Shown one piece after another: positions 43,135 to 53,423 of a stretch of DNA of 64,000 bases; within the stretch, counting starts at the first letter, position 1, and the number at the start of each line of letters is the position of its first letter. A program made the position numbers and the translations under genes. The notes under the pieces were generated by a model. That model saw only the letters and a program-made list of their open reading frames with translations. It had not been told where the DNA came from and did not search any database. The stretch lies in NCBI GenBank assembly GCA_963692865.2, contig OY843592.1:96001-160000 (forward strand), read 5' to 3'. Origin of the DNA: a bacterium (GTDB lineage Bacteria; UBA8248).

Positions 43135-43808
43135 GGACGAGGGGGGGGGTGCAGGGGCAGGCCCCCGCGCCTGTCCGAGGCCCCTGCGCCTGCGCTTCGT
43201 TTCGCAGAAGCCGGCAGGCGGCGATTCCTCTCGCATGGGTCGGAATCGACCTCCCTCTTCGTTCGGAACCGACTCCTCGGGAGCGCCCTACACATATCAT
43301 GCGACCCGGCCTTTTTCGCCTCTCCGGCAACGGGCCGCATGATATGCGGGACAACCCCTCTTCGGGGTCGTCCTGCTACACCGCCGCTTGAACGAGAAGG
43401 GGGGGTTCGCGGCAATCCAACCCGCCTCATCCTGCGCACACCTACCCCACCGCCTCATCCTGAGCAGCGGCGAAGCCGCGTATCGAAGGACGGCGCTCTC
43501 GCCACGACGCGGGGGGTCGGCTCCCCCCGTCCCCCTCGACAGGCCCAGGACAGGCTTTCAATACGCCCCTCGCAAGCTCGGGGCTGCTCGGGACGAGGTT
43601 GGGGATTTGGCAGGGACAGGCCTCCGCGCCTGTCCGATGTCGTGGTGAATATGATCGACGGGCGGGCGCAGGGGCGCTTCGTGAAGCGCCCGTTTCTCCT
43701 CCGGGGAGGGCCGTTCGCGAACCGCCCCTACGGCCCTCTGATCCGAATGACGACGCGCCCTCCTCGCCCTTCGATACGCGGCTTCGCCGCTGCTCAGGAC
43801 GAGGCGAG
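43135..43808. repeat. Mosaic of REP-like palindromes
   Basis: CCTCATCCTGAGCAGCGGCGAAGCCGCGTATCGAAGG at about 43453 with an inverted copy at about 43768-43805; GCAGGG(G/A)CAGGCC...GCCTGTCCGA at about 43151 and 43610. Confidence 0.7.
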
Positions 43809-43920
43809 GCGGCGCCGCGCATTTCCCCGCATTTCGCGTCATGGGCGCGGCGGCGGCGCGTGGCAGGATCGCCCTCCGATACCGTGGGCCGTCCGTTTCA
43901 GAAAAACGGGCGAATTCCCG

Positions 43921-43970
43921 TAAAATAAGATAAATTCGGATAAAATTGGATAAATAAAGATAAATTTTTT
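43921..43970. repeat. Five tandem 10-bp AT-rich units
   Basis: TAAAATAAGA TAAATTCGGA TAAAATTGGA TAAATAAAGA TAAATTTTTT. Confidence 0.75.
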
Positions 43971-44350
43971 GAGGCCAAGTATCTGAAAATAAAGGCGTTC
44001 AGTCGTTTTCGCGCGAAACGGCGCCCAAGGGGAGGGATCGCGCCGAAAAGGCGTCCGCCCTTTTTTTGACGAAACCGTCCACCCGCCGGCGCGCCTCGTC
44101 AGAGCCGGGAAAATCGGGCCGAAAGCGCGCGCGCAGGCGCCCCGCCCGCGCGGCGAACCCGGCCCGCAAGGACTTTCCCGGCAACCCCCGAGGGGGCGTG
44201 ATTCTTCTCCCTCGTATGCCGGCCGGAACCCCCAAGGAGCGTTTCTTCTCCCTCGCGCGCCGGCCACGACTCGCAAGGGAGGAGCCGTTTCACAAGCGTA
44301 CGTCGATGGAGAAATTCATCCTCTGCCCATGGCGGATTTTTCAACACATC

Positions 44351-45091
44351 CTAATGCGAGAGTATCTGGTTGAGGAAGAGTTTCGTCCTCTCGGACTGGG
44401 GGTGGTAGAAGAACGTCTCGGGGTCGTTCCGCTCGACGATCTGGCCCTCGTCCATGAAGATGACGCAGTGGGCGACCTGGCGCGCGAAGCCCATCTCGTG
44501 GGTGACGACGAGCATCGTCATCCCGGTCTCGGCGAGTTCGACCATCACGTCGAGCACCTCCTTTATCATCTCTGGATCCAGCGCCGAGGTCGGCTCGTCG
44601 AACAGCATGATCTTGGGCCGCATGCACAGCGAGCGCGCAATCGCCACGCGCTGCTGTTGGCCGCCCGAGAGCTGGCCGGGGTATTTCATGGCCTGCTCGG
44701 GAATCTTGACGCGGGTCAGGTATTCCATCGCGAGCTCCTCGGCCTCGGCCTTCGGCGTCTTGCGCACCCAGATGGGCGCGAGCGTGCAGTTCTCCAGAAC
44801 CGTCAGGTGCGGGAAGAGGTTGAACTGCTGGAACACCATGCCGACTTCTCTGCGCACGTTGTCGATCTGCTTGAGGTCGCCCGTCAACTCGATGCCCTCC
44901 ACCACGATGGTGCCCTTCTGGTGTTCCTCCAGGCGGTTGATGCAGCGGATGAGCGTCGATTTGCCCGACCCCGAGGGCCCGCAGATGACGATGCGCTCCC
45001 CCCGGTTGACGGTCAGGTCGATGTCGCGCAGGACGTGGAACTGGCCGAACCACTTGTTCATGCCCTCGATTCGGATAATCGGCTCACTCAT
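44351..45091 (-). CDS. aapP: Amino-acid ABC ATPase (AapP/BztD)
   Basis: [28 protein letters not shown]. Confidence 0.9.
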   Translation of the reverse strand: MSEPIIRIEGMNKWFGQFHVLRDIDLTVNRGERIVICGPSGSGKSTLIRCINRLEEHQKGTIVVEGIELTGDLKQIDNVRREVGMVFQQFNLFPHLTVLENCTLAPIWVRKTPKAEAEELAMEYLTRVKIPEQAMKYPGQLSGGQQQRVAIARSLCMRPKIMLFDEPTSALDPEMIKEVLDVMVELAETGMTMLVVTHEMGFARQVAHCVIFMDEGQIVERNDPETFFYHPQSERTKLFLNQILSH

Positions 45092-45108
45092 GGGCGCATT
45101 CTCCTCCC

Positions 45109-46239
45109 TCAGGTTCTGTGGCCCGTGTCGAGCTTGCGCTCGAGCCACAGGCTGTAACGCGACATGCTGAAACAGAAGATGAAATAGATGACGCCGGCGA
45201 AGATGTAGGACTCATGCTCCAAGCCCAGCCATTTGGGGTCCGTCACGGCGGAGCGGGCCACGAGCAGGAGATCGAAAAGCCCGATGATCGATACCAGCGC
45301 CGTATCCTTGAAAAGGGCGATGAAGGTGTTGACGATGCCCGGGATCACGATTTTCAAGGCCTGCGGCAGGATGATCAGCTGCATCGACTTCCAGTAGTTC
45401 AAGCCCAGCGCCTGTGCGGCTTCCGTCTGGCCCTTCGGCAGGGCCTGCAGCCCGCCGCGCACGACCTCGGCCATATAGGCGGATGAGAACATGGTGAAGC
45501 CGATCAGGGCGCGCAGCAGTTCGTTGGCGTTCACCCCTTCGGGCGTGAAGAGCGGCAGCACGAAAGACGCCATGAAGAGCACGGTGATGAGCGGCACCGC
45601 GCGCCAAAGCTCGATGAAGGCGATGCAGATGGTGCGCACCACGGGCATCTCAGACCTCCGCCCGAGGGCCAGCAGAACCCCGATCGGCAGGGAGAACAGG
45701 ATGGCGACCGAGGCGAACACGAGCGTGAGCGTCAGGCCGCCCCATTTGTGCGTCGGCACCACTTCCAGGCCGAAAGCGCCGTTGAGCAGGACGTAGGCGA
45801 TGACGGGAAAGCCGAAGACGAGGAAAAGCGCGGCGAAGGTGCGGCCCGGCACCCTGTCGGAGAGCACCGGGAACAAGTTGACGCAGAACAGGATGAAGGT
45901 CAGGTTCACCCGCCAGCGCTCGGCCTCGGGGTAGAAGCCGTAGATGTACTGCCAGAATCGCTTCGGCACCAGAACCCAGCAGGCGCCTTCGATGCCCCGG
46001 CAGTCCTTGTTGGACTCCCCCTCCCAGAGCGAGTCGATGAAAGCCCACTCGAAAATCGGCGGCACGATCGTATAGAGGAGATAAAAGGTAAGCAGCGTGA
46101 GCGCCGTGTTGAGCGGCGAGGAGAACAGGTTCTGCCGCATCCAGCCCAGGACGCCTACGGTCGAGACCGGCGGCGGCGACTGCGGGATGTGCTCAGTGCG
46201 CACGAAGCCGCCGCCCGCGTTTTTGGAGATATCGCTCAT
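45109..46239 (-). CDS. aapM: Amino-acid ABC permease (AapM/BztC)
   Basis: [23 protein letters not shown]. Confidence 0.88.
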   Translation of the reverse strand: MSDISKNAGGGFVRTEHIPQSPPPVSTVGVLGWMRQNLFSSPLNTALTLLTFYLLYTIVPPIFEWAFIDSLWEGESNKDCRGIEGACWVLVPKRFWQYIYGFYPEAERWRVNLTFILFCVNLFPVLSDRVPGRTFAALFLVFGFPVIAYVLLNGAFGLEVVPTHKWGGLTLTLVFASVAILFSLPIGVLLALGRRSEMPVVRTICIAFIELWRAVPLITVLFMASFVLPLFTPEGVNANELLRALIGFTMFSSAYMAEVVRGGLQALPKGQTEAAQALGLNYWKSMQLIILPQALKIVIPGIVNTFIALFKDTALVSIIGLFDLLLVARSAVTDPKWLGLEHESYIFAGVIYFIFCFSMSRYSLWLERKLDTGHRT

Positions 46240-46243
46240 GGCC

Positions 46244-47443
46244 TCATCTCTCCACCAGCGAAATGCGCCTGTTGTACCAGTTCATGTAGAGCGAGATCAG
46301 CAGGCTGAAGGTGAGATACACCACCACGCACATAAAGATAATCTCGATGGCCTGGCCGCTCTGGTTCAACGAAATGCCGCCGAAGACGTTGAACAGATCG
46401 GGATAGCCGATGGCGATGCCGAGCGAGGAGTTTTTCGTCAGGTTCAAGTACTGGCTCACCAGCGGCGGCACGATAACCCGGAGCGCCTGGGGAATGATGA
46501 CGAGCCTTAAGGTAGGCTCCGGCCGCACCCCCAGCGAATAGGAGGCTTCGCGCTGGCCGCGCGAGACGGCGAGAATGCCCGCGCGCACGATCTCGGCGAT
46601 GAATGAGGAGGTGTAGACCGTGAGCGCGGTCAACGCGGAGAACAACTCTATCTGTATCTCCAGGCCGCCTGTGAAGCGGAACCGGCCCAGTTCGGCATAT
46701 TCCCAGGTGAGCGGAAAACCGGTCACGACGGAGGCGAGCAACGGAACGCCGATGAGGACGCCGAGCGACGCCCAGAAGACGGGGAACTGCTCGCCGGTCG
46801 CGTCCTGGCGCCTGCGCGCCCATTTCTTGAGCCAGATGATCGCCGTGACCGCGAGGAAGAAAGATATCACGACCGCCGAGAAACCCGGCTGCGGGATGGG
46901 CTTCGGCACCGTGAGGCCTCGGTTGTGGATATAGATGGTATCGAAGATCGGTATCGCCCGGCGCACCAAGGGGAGCGATTGGAAGACGGCAAAGTGCCAG
47001 AACAGAAACTGCAACAGCAGCGGCACGTTGCGCACGGACTCGATATAGACGCCCACCAGACGCGAAACCAGCCAGTTGTTCGAGAGCCTGAGCACGCCGA
47101 GGATGAAGCCGAGAATCGTCGCCAGCACGATGCCCATGGCGGAGATGAGAAGCGTATTGAGGAGTCCGACGATGAATACCGCGCCGTGGGTCGAGCCCGC
47201 TTCGACGGAATAGGGGATGAGCGTGAGCGGAATCTCGAAACCCGCCGGGTTGTAGAGGAAATCGAACCCCGCCTTGATGTTGCGTTTTTCGAGATTGATG
47301 ATCGTATTGTGTATCAGGTAGATGCCAAGGCCGACGAGAGTCAGCACGAAGGCGACCTGGAACGCTATCGCCCGGACTTTGGGATCGTACCACCAGCTTG
47401 CGGCGCCTTGGCGTCCTCCGCTTGCTTGAGAGTCTACCGCCAT
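46244..47443 (-). CDS. aapQ: Amino-acid ABC permease (AapQ/BztB)
   Basis: VGLLNTL, RNVPLLLQ, KNSSLGIAIGYPD. Confidence 0.88.
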   Translation of the reverse strand: MAVDSQASGGRQGAASWWYDPKVRAIAFQVAFVLTLVGLGIYLIHNTIINLEKRNIKAGFDFLYNPAGFEIPLTLIPYSVEAGSTHGAVFIVGLLNTLLISAMGIVLATILGFILGVLRLSNNWLVSRLVGVYIESVRNVPLLLQFLFWHFAVFQSLPLVRRAIPIFDTIYIHNRGLTVPKPIPQPGFSAVVISFFLAVTAIIWLKKWARRRQDATGEQFPVFWASLGVLIGVPLLASVVTGFPLTWEYAELGRFRFTGGLEIQIELFSALTALTVYTSSFIAEIVRAGILAVSRGQREASYSLGVRPEPTLRLVIIPQALRVIVPPLVSQYLNLTKNSSLGIAIGYPDLFNVFGGISLNQSGQAIEIIFMCVVVYLTFSLLISLYMNWYNRRISLVER

Positions 47444-47556
47444 CTCGAACCCCCGGGGTGCGACATCGCCTGCGCGGTATCTTCGCTCCAACGCGCCGCC
47501 CGGCCCCGGGGAGACCCCCGGAACCGGAGCGGGTTCACGTTATCGGTCAGACCGGC

Positions 47557-48582
47557 TTAGCGGAACGGAGGCGAGTAGAGAATTCCGCCCTTCGTCCAGA
47601 GCTGGTTGTAGCCGCGCGCGAGGCCGATGGCCGTCTTGGGGCCGATGTGGCGCTCGTATATCTCGGAATAGTTGCCCACGCTCTTGATGACGTTGTAGGC
47701 CCAGTCCTTGGGCAGACCGAGCATGCTGCCGAAGTCCCCTTCCTGGCCGAGCAGTCGCTTGATCTCGGGGTTGTTCGATTTCTTCATGGCGTCGACGTTC
47801 TTCGAGGTGATGCCGAGTTCCTCGGCGACGATGAGCGCGTTGCGCACCCAACGGGCGATGTCGCCCCACACGTTGTCGCCGTGGCGCACGACGGGACCAA
47901 GAGGTTCCTTGGAGATGATTTCGGGCAGAATCACGTGCGCGTCGGGGTTCTTGAGCACAGAGCGCTGGGCCGCGAGGCCGGAGCGGTCCGTCGTGTAGGC
48001 GTCGCAGCGGTTGGCGGCGTAGTTCTGGCGCGCCTCGGCCGCGTCCTCGACGACGACCGATTTGAACTTCATCTTGTTGCTGCGGAAGAAGTCCGCCAGG
48101 TTGAGCTCGGTCGTCGTGCCCGTCTGAATGCAGACCGAAGCGCCGCCGAGTTCCTTGGCGCTCTTGACGCCGAGGGACTTGCGGGTGATGAAGCCCTGCC
48201 CGTCGTAATACAGCACGCCCACGAACTCGAAGCCCAAGTTCACGTCGCGCTTGAAGGTCCAGGTCGTGTTGCGCGAGAGAACGTCGATCTCACCCGATTG
48301 AAGCGCCGGAAAGCGCGTCTTGCCGGTCAGCGGCTTGTAGGTCACCTTGTCGGGATTGCCGAAAATGGCGGCGCTCATACCGCGGCAATAATCGACGTCG
48401 AAACCCCTCCAGACGCCCTTGTCGTCGGGTGCGGAGAAACCCGTGAGGCCGGTGTTGACGCCGCAAATGAGATTGCCGCGCTTTTTCACCGTCTCCAGCG
48501 TCGGGCTGGCGGCGTGGGCGGCGTTTGCCATTATCGCAACGGCGGCGAACATGCAAAATAAGGTGATCAGGCGCTTTTTCAT
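47557..48582 (-). CDS. aapJ: Amino-acid ABC substrate-binding protein (AapJ/BztA)
   Basis: SRNTTWT, ISKEPLGP, VGNYSEIYER, YSPPFR. Confidence 0.92.
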   Translation of the reverse strand: MKKRLITLFCMFAAVAIMANAAHAASPTLETVKKRGNLICGVNTGLTGFSAPDDKGVWRGFDVDYCRGMSAAIFGNPDKVTYKPLTGKTRFPALQSGEIDVLSRNTTWTFKRDVNLGFEFVGVLYYDGQGFITRKSLGVKSAKELGGASVCIQTGTTTELNLADFFRSNKMKFKSVVVEDAAEARQNYAANRCDAYTTDRSGLAAQRSVLKNPDAHVILPEIISKEPLGPVVRHGDNVWGDIARWVRNALIVAEELGITSKNVDAMKKSNNPEIKRLLGQEGDFGSMLGLPKDWAYNVIKSVGNYSEIYERHIGPKTAIGLARGYNQLWTKGGILYSPPFR

Positions 48583-48806
48583 CTCAATTCCCTCCCTTGT
48601 AGGCATTATAGAACCAAAGAAACATCCTCAGATATATTCTATTGCACTGCGCAAGTCAAAAATATCACGATGGGGACGTTCTCACAACTTTTTTTCCAAA
48701 TCCTAAGAACTGGAAATAGGGGATTTTTCAGCAACGGCAGGGAAAGATGAGCGAGAAGCACACCAGCGGAGTTTCCATGAATACGTCCGGCATCGTTGCC
48801 GGGCTC

Positions 48807-49089
48807 TCATGCGGATGGGCGAAGCCGAATACCCAGGGCGCGCATGACCTTGAGAACGGTGGCGAACCCGGGATTCCCCTCGGGCGAGAGCGCCTTGTAG
48901 AGGCCCTCCCTGCCGAGACCGGTCTCGGCGGCGACCTTCGTCATCCCCTTGACCCTCGCCACATCCCCCCAACGCCGCCGCGATGAGCGCCGGGTCGCCG
49001 TCCTCGAAAACCGCTTCGAGGTAGAGAGCGATGTCCTCTTTCGTCATGAGGTGCTCCGCCGCGTCCCACGGCCTGGTTTGGTTTGTCAT
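48807..49089 (-). pseudogene. Frameshifted orphan addiction-module antidote (HTH)
   Basis: WDAAEHL...ALG|DVARVKGMTKVAAETGLGREGLYKALS..GNPGF; one extra G in the run at 48965-48970. Confidence 0.75.
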
Positions 49090-49147
49090 GCTCACTTTCT
49101 CCCATCGTTTTCACGCACGAAGACGGGATGCTACCACAAACTCCTCC

Positions 49148-49367
49148 AGGGGGTTGTTGAAAAAGTCCTCTCCGCCTCATCCTGAGTAGCGGCGAAGCCG
49201 CGTATCGACGGATGCCCTCTCGCCCGGCGCGAGGCGCTCGACTCCCCTCGCCCTTCGACAAGCTCAGGACAGGCCCCTTCGATACGCCGCCTTCGGCGGC
49301 TACTCAGGGTGAAGAAAGAGACACTGGCGGTTTGCGGGGGTCGCAGACGGGGCTTTTCCACCCCCTA
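49148..49367. mobile_element. MITE-like TIR-bounded element with REP pair
   Basis: GGGGGTTGTTGAAAAAG ... GGCTTTTCCACCCCCTA; internal CATCCTGAGTAGCGGCGAAGCC and its inverted copy. Confidence 0.6.
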
Positions 49368-50438
49368 CTCCCGGATTTTCTCGATGACGCTGAGCGTCTG
49401 CGCGCCGGGGGTGGGGATCCACATGGATTTCTGGCCCTCGCCGCCGCCCACGATGAGGATGAGGGCGTCCGCGTGCGTGAGGACGGGCACGGAGGCTTCG
49501 GGGTCCGTCCTGTCGACCCAGACGGGAAAGGTCGGGCCTTTCGATTTTCCCCGGACGCCCACTTGCTTCCAGGGTTTTCTCGCCTTCTCGAAGAGATAGC
49601 GCTTCACGTCCGACTTGCTCCAGCCCGCTCGGGCGACGTAGGCGGCGTGCTCGGGGGCCATGACGAGGACGGGCTCTCCCTGGGAGGAGAGGTTGTTCCC
49701 GCCCAGCGTCGCCATCGAATCCGCGTAGCCGAACAGAAGCGCGTGAGGCTCGGTGTTGTAGTTGTCCGTGATGCAGTGCGGCGCCTCCCCGCAGGCGAGC
49801 GTCACCGTGCTCTCATCCGGCGCGAAGCCGCGCTCCACGTGATAAGGCTCCCAGGGGTTCGCGTCTTCGTTCTCCGCGATGCAATACGTGTATTTCCCCG
49901 GATGAGCGTGCTGGGCGCGGTCCACCTCGCCAGGGACGGCCCCTCCCAAATTGATGAGGCAAAGCCTGAGCGCACGGCCTATCGTCGCGTTCGCCCGCCA
50001 GCCGGGACCGAAAAGGCCCGAGCCGCAGTTGATCTTGAGCCGTTGCGCAATGGGGCCGTTCACGATGACGAGCGCGGTGGCGGGGTGCGTCGTCGTCTGG
50101 CGGTGGCTGAGTCCATAACGCGGCTTGGTGACAGCACTTAGGGCCGCGACGACGACGGGCAGGTATTCGGGCGCGCAGCCCGCCATCACGGCGTTCACCG
50201 CAACGGCGCGGGCCGTCGCCACTCCCATGAGGGGAGGCACCTCGGCGATTTCCTCATCCGGCTCCCCCGGCCAGCCGGTGAGCAGACCCTCCACGCGCTC
50301 GCGCGTGGGCGGAACGACCGGCAACCCGTCCGTCCAGCCACGCTCGTAGAAATAGGCGTTCACCTCATCGAGAGAGCCGTTAATCTGCAAAACCCGCCTG
50401 CCGGCCTTCGGCGATGGGTTTTCGACGTTTCCAGCCAA
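49365..50438 (-). CDS. Conserved protein of unknown function usually paired with UGSC selenoproteins
   Basis: GWTDGLPVVPPT, AVNAVMAGC, RANATIGRA, CIAENE. Confidence 0.8.
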   Translation of the reverse strand: MAGNVENPSPKAGRRVLQINGSLDEVNAYFYERGWTDGLPVVPPTRERVEGLLTGWPGEPDEEIAEVPPLMGVATARAVAVNAVMAGCAPEYLPVVVAALSAVTKPRYGLSHRQTTTHPATALVIVNGPIAQRLKINCGSGLFGPGWRANATIGRALRLCLINLGGAVPGEVDRAQHAHPGKYTYCIAENEDANPWEPYHVERGFAPDESTVTLACGEAPHCITDNYNTEPHALLFGYADSMATLGGNNLSSQGEPVLVMAPEHAAYVARAGWSKSDVKRYLFEKARKPWKQVGVRGKSKGPTFPVWVDRTDPEASVPVLTHADALILIVGGGEGQKSMWIPTPGAQTLSVIEKIRE

Positions 50439-50450
50439 GTCCGCCTCTCC

Positions 50451-51056
50451 CTATTTGGGGCAAAGATTCCGGGGGCCTTTGAATTTCTTCTCCACGTATT
50501 CGGCCCGGAGTTTCTCCGCATCCCCCGTGAGCGCGTGGACGACCTCGGCCACGACGGCGTCCGCCTTGGGGTAAAGCGCTTCCCTCCCGGGAGCGGCCAA
50601 GGGATGGTCCATCTCCACGATGGGCAGGCCGCCGTATCCCTGCCTTCGCGCTATGGCGCGGGCGCTGTGGCTGAAACCCCGGCTCACGATGACGCAGGCG
50701 GGACGCCCCAGCCTTTCAAGACGAACCGCGTCGCGGACACTCCACGACGTGGAGGAACCTCAGTGCCCCACGCCGACGAGAATGGCGCCGCAGCGCGCGT
50801 TCAATTCTTCGAAAATTTCTGGGGCCGCAGGCTGGGCGAGGTGATGCTTACGGCGCTGGACGACTTCCTTGATGCCAACCGAGGCCCAAAGCCGGTCGCG
50901 CACCCTCTCCAGCACCCAGTCGGAGAACTCCTTGTTGTTCTCGAGAATCCCGAGAGTGGCACCCGCCAGCGTCTCGGGTCTTATATTCAGCGCCTCATCC
51001 GGTATCCTGGGGATGCCCGCGGGGGAGATGACGTCGGTGAATACCTCATCGTTCAT
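50451..51056 (-). CDS. UGSC-family selenoprotein (UGSS variant)
   Basis: ORFs 50760-51077 and 50451-50687 share a frame via TGA at 50762-50760: VGVGH-U-GSSTSWSVRDA; LENNK and HPLA motifs. Confidence 0.82.
50729..50749 (-). promoter_or_regulatory. Putative bacterial SECIS hairpin
   Basis: CGUCGUGG-AGUGU-CCGCGACG, 10 nt after the UGA. Confidence 0.55.
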
Positions 51057-51078
51057 CGGATTCTCACGATGCAGCATT

Positions 51079-51873
51079 CTATCTGCCCGTAAAGACGGGC
51101 TTTCTCTTCTCCATGAACGCGGTGCGGCCTTCCTTGTAATCGGCGCTGTTGAAACATTCCTCGGAGAGCCTCGCTATCATCTCGAAATCGCGCTCTGAGC
51201 CGTCTTTCACCACTTCGCCGATGGTGAGCTTCGACGCCTTGACCGAAAGCGGCGCGTTGTTCGCGATGGCGGAGGCCATGTCCACGACATAGTCCTCTAA
51301 CTCGTCCACTGGCGCCACCTCGTTCACCAGTCCGATTTCGAGCGCCTTCGCCGCCGGGATGCGCCGGGCCGTGAAGAGAATCTCCTTCGCCTTGGCGGGT
51401 CCCACGAGGTCGACGAGTTGTTTCAGGTTGTCGAAACCGTATGCGATGCCCAGACGCCCGGCGGGGATTCCGAACTGCGAATCATCCGCCGCGACCCGGA
51501 TGTCGGCGTTCAGCGCGATTCCCAGCCCGCCGCCCAGGCAATAGCCGCGGATCATGGCGATCAGGGGCTTTTTCATGTCCGCCATGATTTTCTTGGCTTC
51601 TTCCGAAATCCGCGTGTACTCGGCGGCCTGCTCGGCGTTGCTCCTGTTCTTGGCGAACTGCGAGATGTCCGCGCCCGATACGAACGCCTTATCGCCCGCG
51701 CCCTTCATCACCACGACGCGGATGGCGTCGTCGGCCTCGTAAGAGTTCAGTATCTCGGCGATGGCCCCCCACATCTCGAGCGAGAGCGCGTTCCTCCGCT
51801 CGGGGTTGTTGAAGATCATCCAGCCGATGCCGCCGTCCACCTCGAAAGCCATCTTTTCCGTCGATAACCGCAT
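51079..51873 (-). CDS. Enoyl-CoA hydratase/isomerase
   Basis: AFVSGADI, YCLGGG, EGRTAFMEKRKP. Confidence 0.93.
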   Translation of the reverse strand: MRLSTEKMAFEVDGGIGWMIFNNPERRNALSLEMWGAIAEILNSYEADDAIRVVVMKGAGDKAFVSGADISQFAKNRSNAEQAAEYTRISEEAKKIMADMKKPLIAMIRGYCLGGGLGIALNADIRVAADDSQFGIPAGRLGIAYGFDNLKQLVDLVGPAKAKEILFTARRIPAAKALEIGLVNEVAPVDELEDYVVDMASAIANNAPLSVKASKLTIGEVVKDGSERDFEMIARLSEECFNSADYKEGRTAFMEKRKPVFTGR

Positions 51874-51916
51874 TCCTTGCTCCATATGCTGCGCCCCCGA
51901 GGGGGCAGGAATGTTC

Positions 51917-53104
51917 CTAGACGATGCCCTCATCGCGCAATTGGCGTATCACGTCCGCATCGTAGCCCAACTCCCCTAGAATCTCCTCCGTGTGCGCGCC
52001 CATCTCGGGTGCTGCGCCCCGCATCTTCTGCGGCGTTCGCGCGAGCTTGACCGCCTGGCCGACGATCCTGATCGGCCCCATCTCGGGATGATCCACCTCG
52101 GGCGCCATGTTCAGCCCCTTGACCTGGGGATCGGCGAACGTTTCATCCACCGCGTAGATGGGCCCGCAGGGGATTCCCGCCTCGTTCAATATCCCGATCC
52201 ACTCGGCGCCCGGTTTCGTGCGCGTCCGATTGGTGATGGTCTCCTGCAGCGCCACCTTGTTCTCAAAGCGCCTGGTGATGTCCGCATAGTCGGGATTATC
52301 GAGCAGTTCGGGCATTTCCAGCGCGCGCACGAGGCGCTCCCAGAGATGCTGGGGGCCGGACTGGATGATGATCCGCCCGTCCGCCGTCTCGAATACGCCC
52401 GCCGGCAGAAACGTGGGGTGGTTGTTCCCCTGCTGGGTGGGCACTTCCTCGAATCGCAGATAGCGGGCGGCCTGGAAGTCCATCATCTGAATCTGGGCTT
52501 CGAGGAGCGAGGTGTGCACCCATTGCCCCTCGCCCGATACTTCGCGCTCGAGCAGGGCGATCATAATCCCCTGCGCGAGCATGAAGCCCGCCGAGAGGTC
52601 GGCGAGCGGAATGCCCACCCGCATGGGACCGCCCCCCGGCTTGCCCGTGACGGACATAAGGCCGCTCAGCCCCTGGGCTATCATGTCCAGCCCCGGTCGT
52701 CCGCGGTAGGGTCCCTCCTGGCCGAAGCCGGAGATGCTCCCGTAAACGATACGCGGGTTCACCGCGCGGCACGCCTCATAGTCCACGCCCAGGCGGCGCT
52801 TCACGTCGGGCCTGTAGTTTTCGATGACGACGTCGGCGCCTTCCACCATGCGGAAGAATATCTCGCGGCCCTTCTCCTCGCGCAGGTTGAGCGTCATGCC
52901 TCGCTTGTTGCGGTGCAGGTTCTGCGCCTCATAGCCGCCCCGGGGCTGGGCCATGTTGTCCGAAAAGCCGCTTCCTGCGGGCGCTTCTATCTTGATGACG
53001 TCCGCCCCCCAGTCCGCGAACTGGCGAACCGCCGTGGGGCCGGCCCGCGCGCGGGTGAGATCCAAAACCTTGAAGCGGGACAGGGGTAGAGAATGATTCT
53101 GCAC
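51917..53104 (-). CDS. Family III CoA transferase
   Basis: DWGADVIKIE, RNKRG, ENYRP, SGFGQEGP. Confidence 0.95.
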   Translation of the reverse strand: MQNHSLPLSRFKVLDLTRARAGPTAVRQFADWGADVIKIEAPAGSGFSDNMAQPRGGYEAQNLHRNKRGMTLNLREEKGREIFFRMVEGADVVIENYRPDVKRRLGVDYEACRAVNPRIVYGSISGFGQEGPYRGRPGLDMIAQGLSGLMSVTGKPGGGPMRVGIPLADLSAGFMLAQGIMIALLEREVSGEGQWVHTSLLEAQIQMMDFQAARYLRFEEVPTQQGNNHPTFLPAGVFETADGRIIIQSGPQHLWERLVRALEMPELLDNPDYADITRRFENKVALQETITNRTRTKPGAEWIGILNEAGIPCGPIYAVDETFADPQVKGLNMAPEVDHPEMGPIRIVGQAVKLARTPQKMRGAAPEMGAHTEEILGELGYDADVIRQLRDEGIV

Positions 53105-53271
53105 GAACGCGCTCCTGTAAAAATACGACGATTCATGAACAAGGGAGATGCATCCGGCCATAAGGTAGCAGAATCGAGCGGCTTTGCGCAGTGCGTGAGG
53201 GGGTGAATTTCACGATTTCAGGGCGCGAATACCTCTCGATCAGAGAGGAGCGTGTAGAGGATATGCTTTAC

Positions 53272-53348
<77 letters not shown>

Positions 53349-53423
53349 GTGAGGCCGCCAAGCGTAGCACAACCCAATCTTGCACTGGAACCGAATGAGG
53401 CGGAGCCGGCCGGACCGAGTGGA

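Noticed and set aside
43012-43923. 303-aa ORF and overlapping ORFs
   Set aside because: Pro/Arg-rich translations of REP palindromes.
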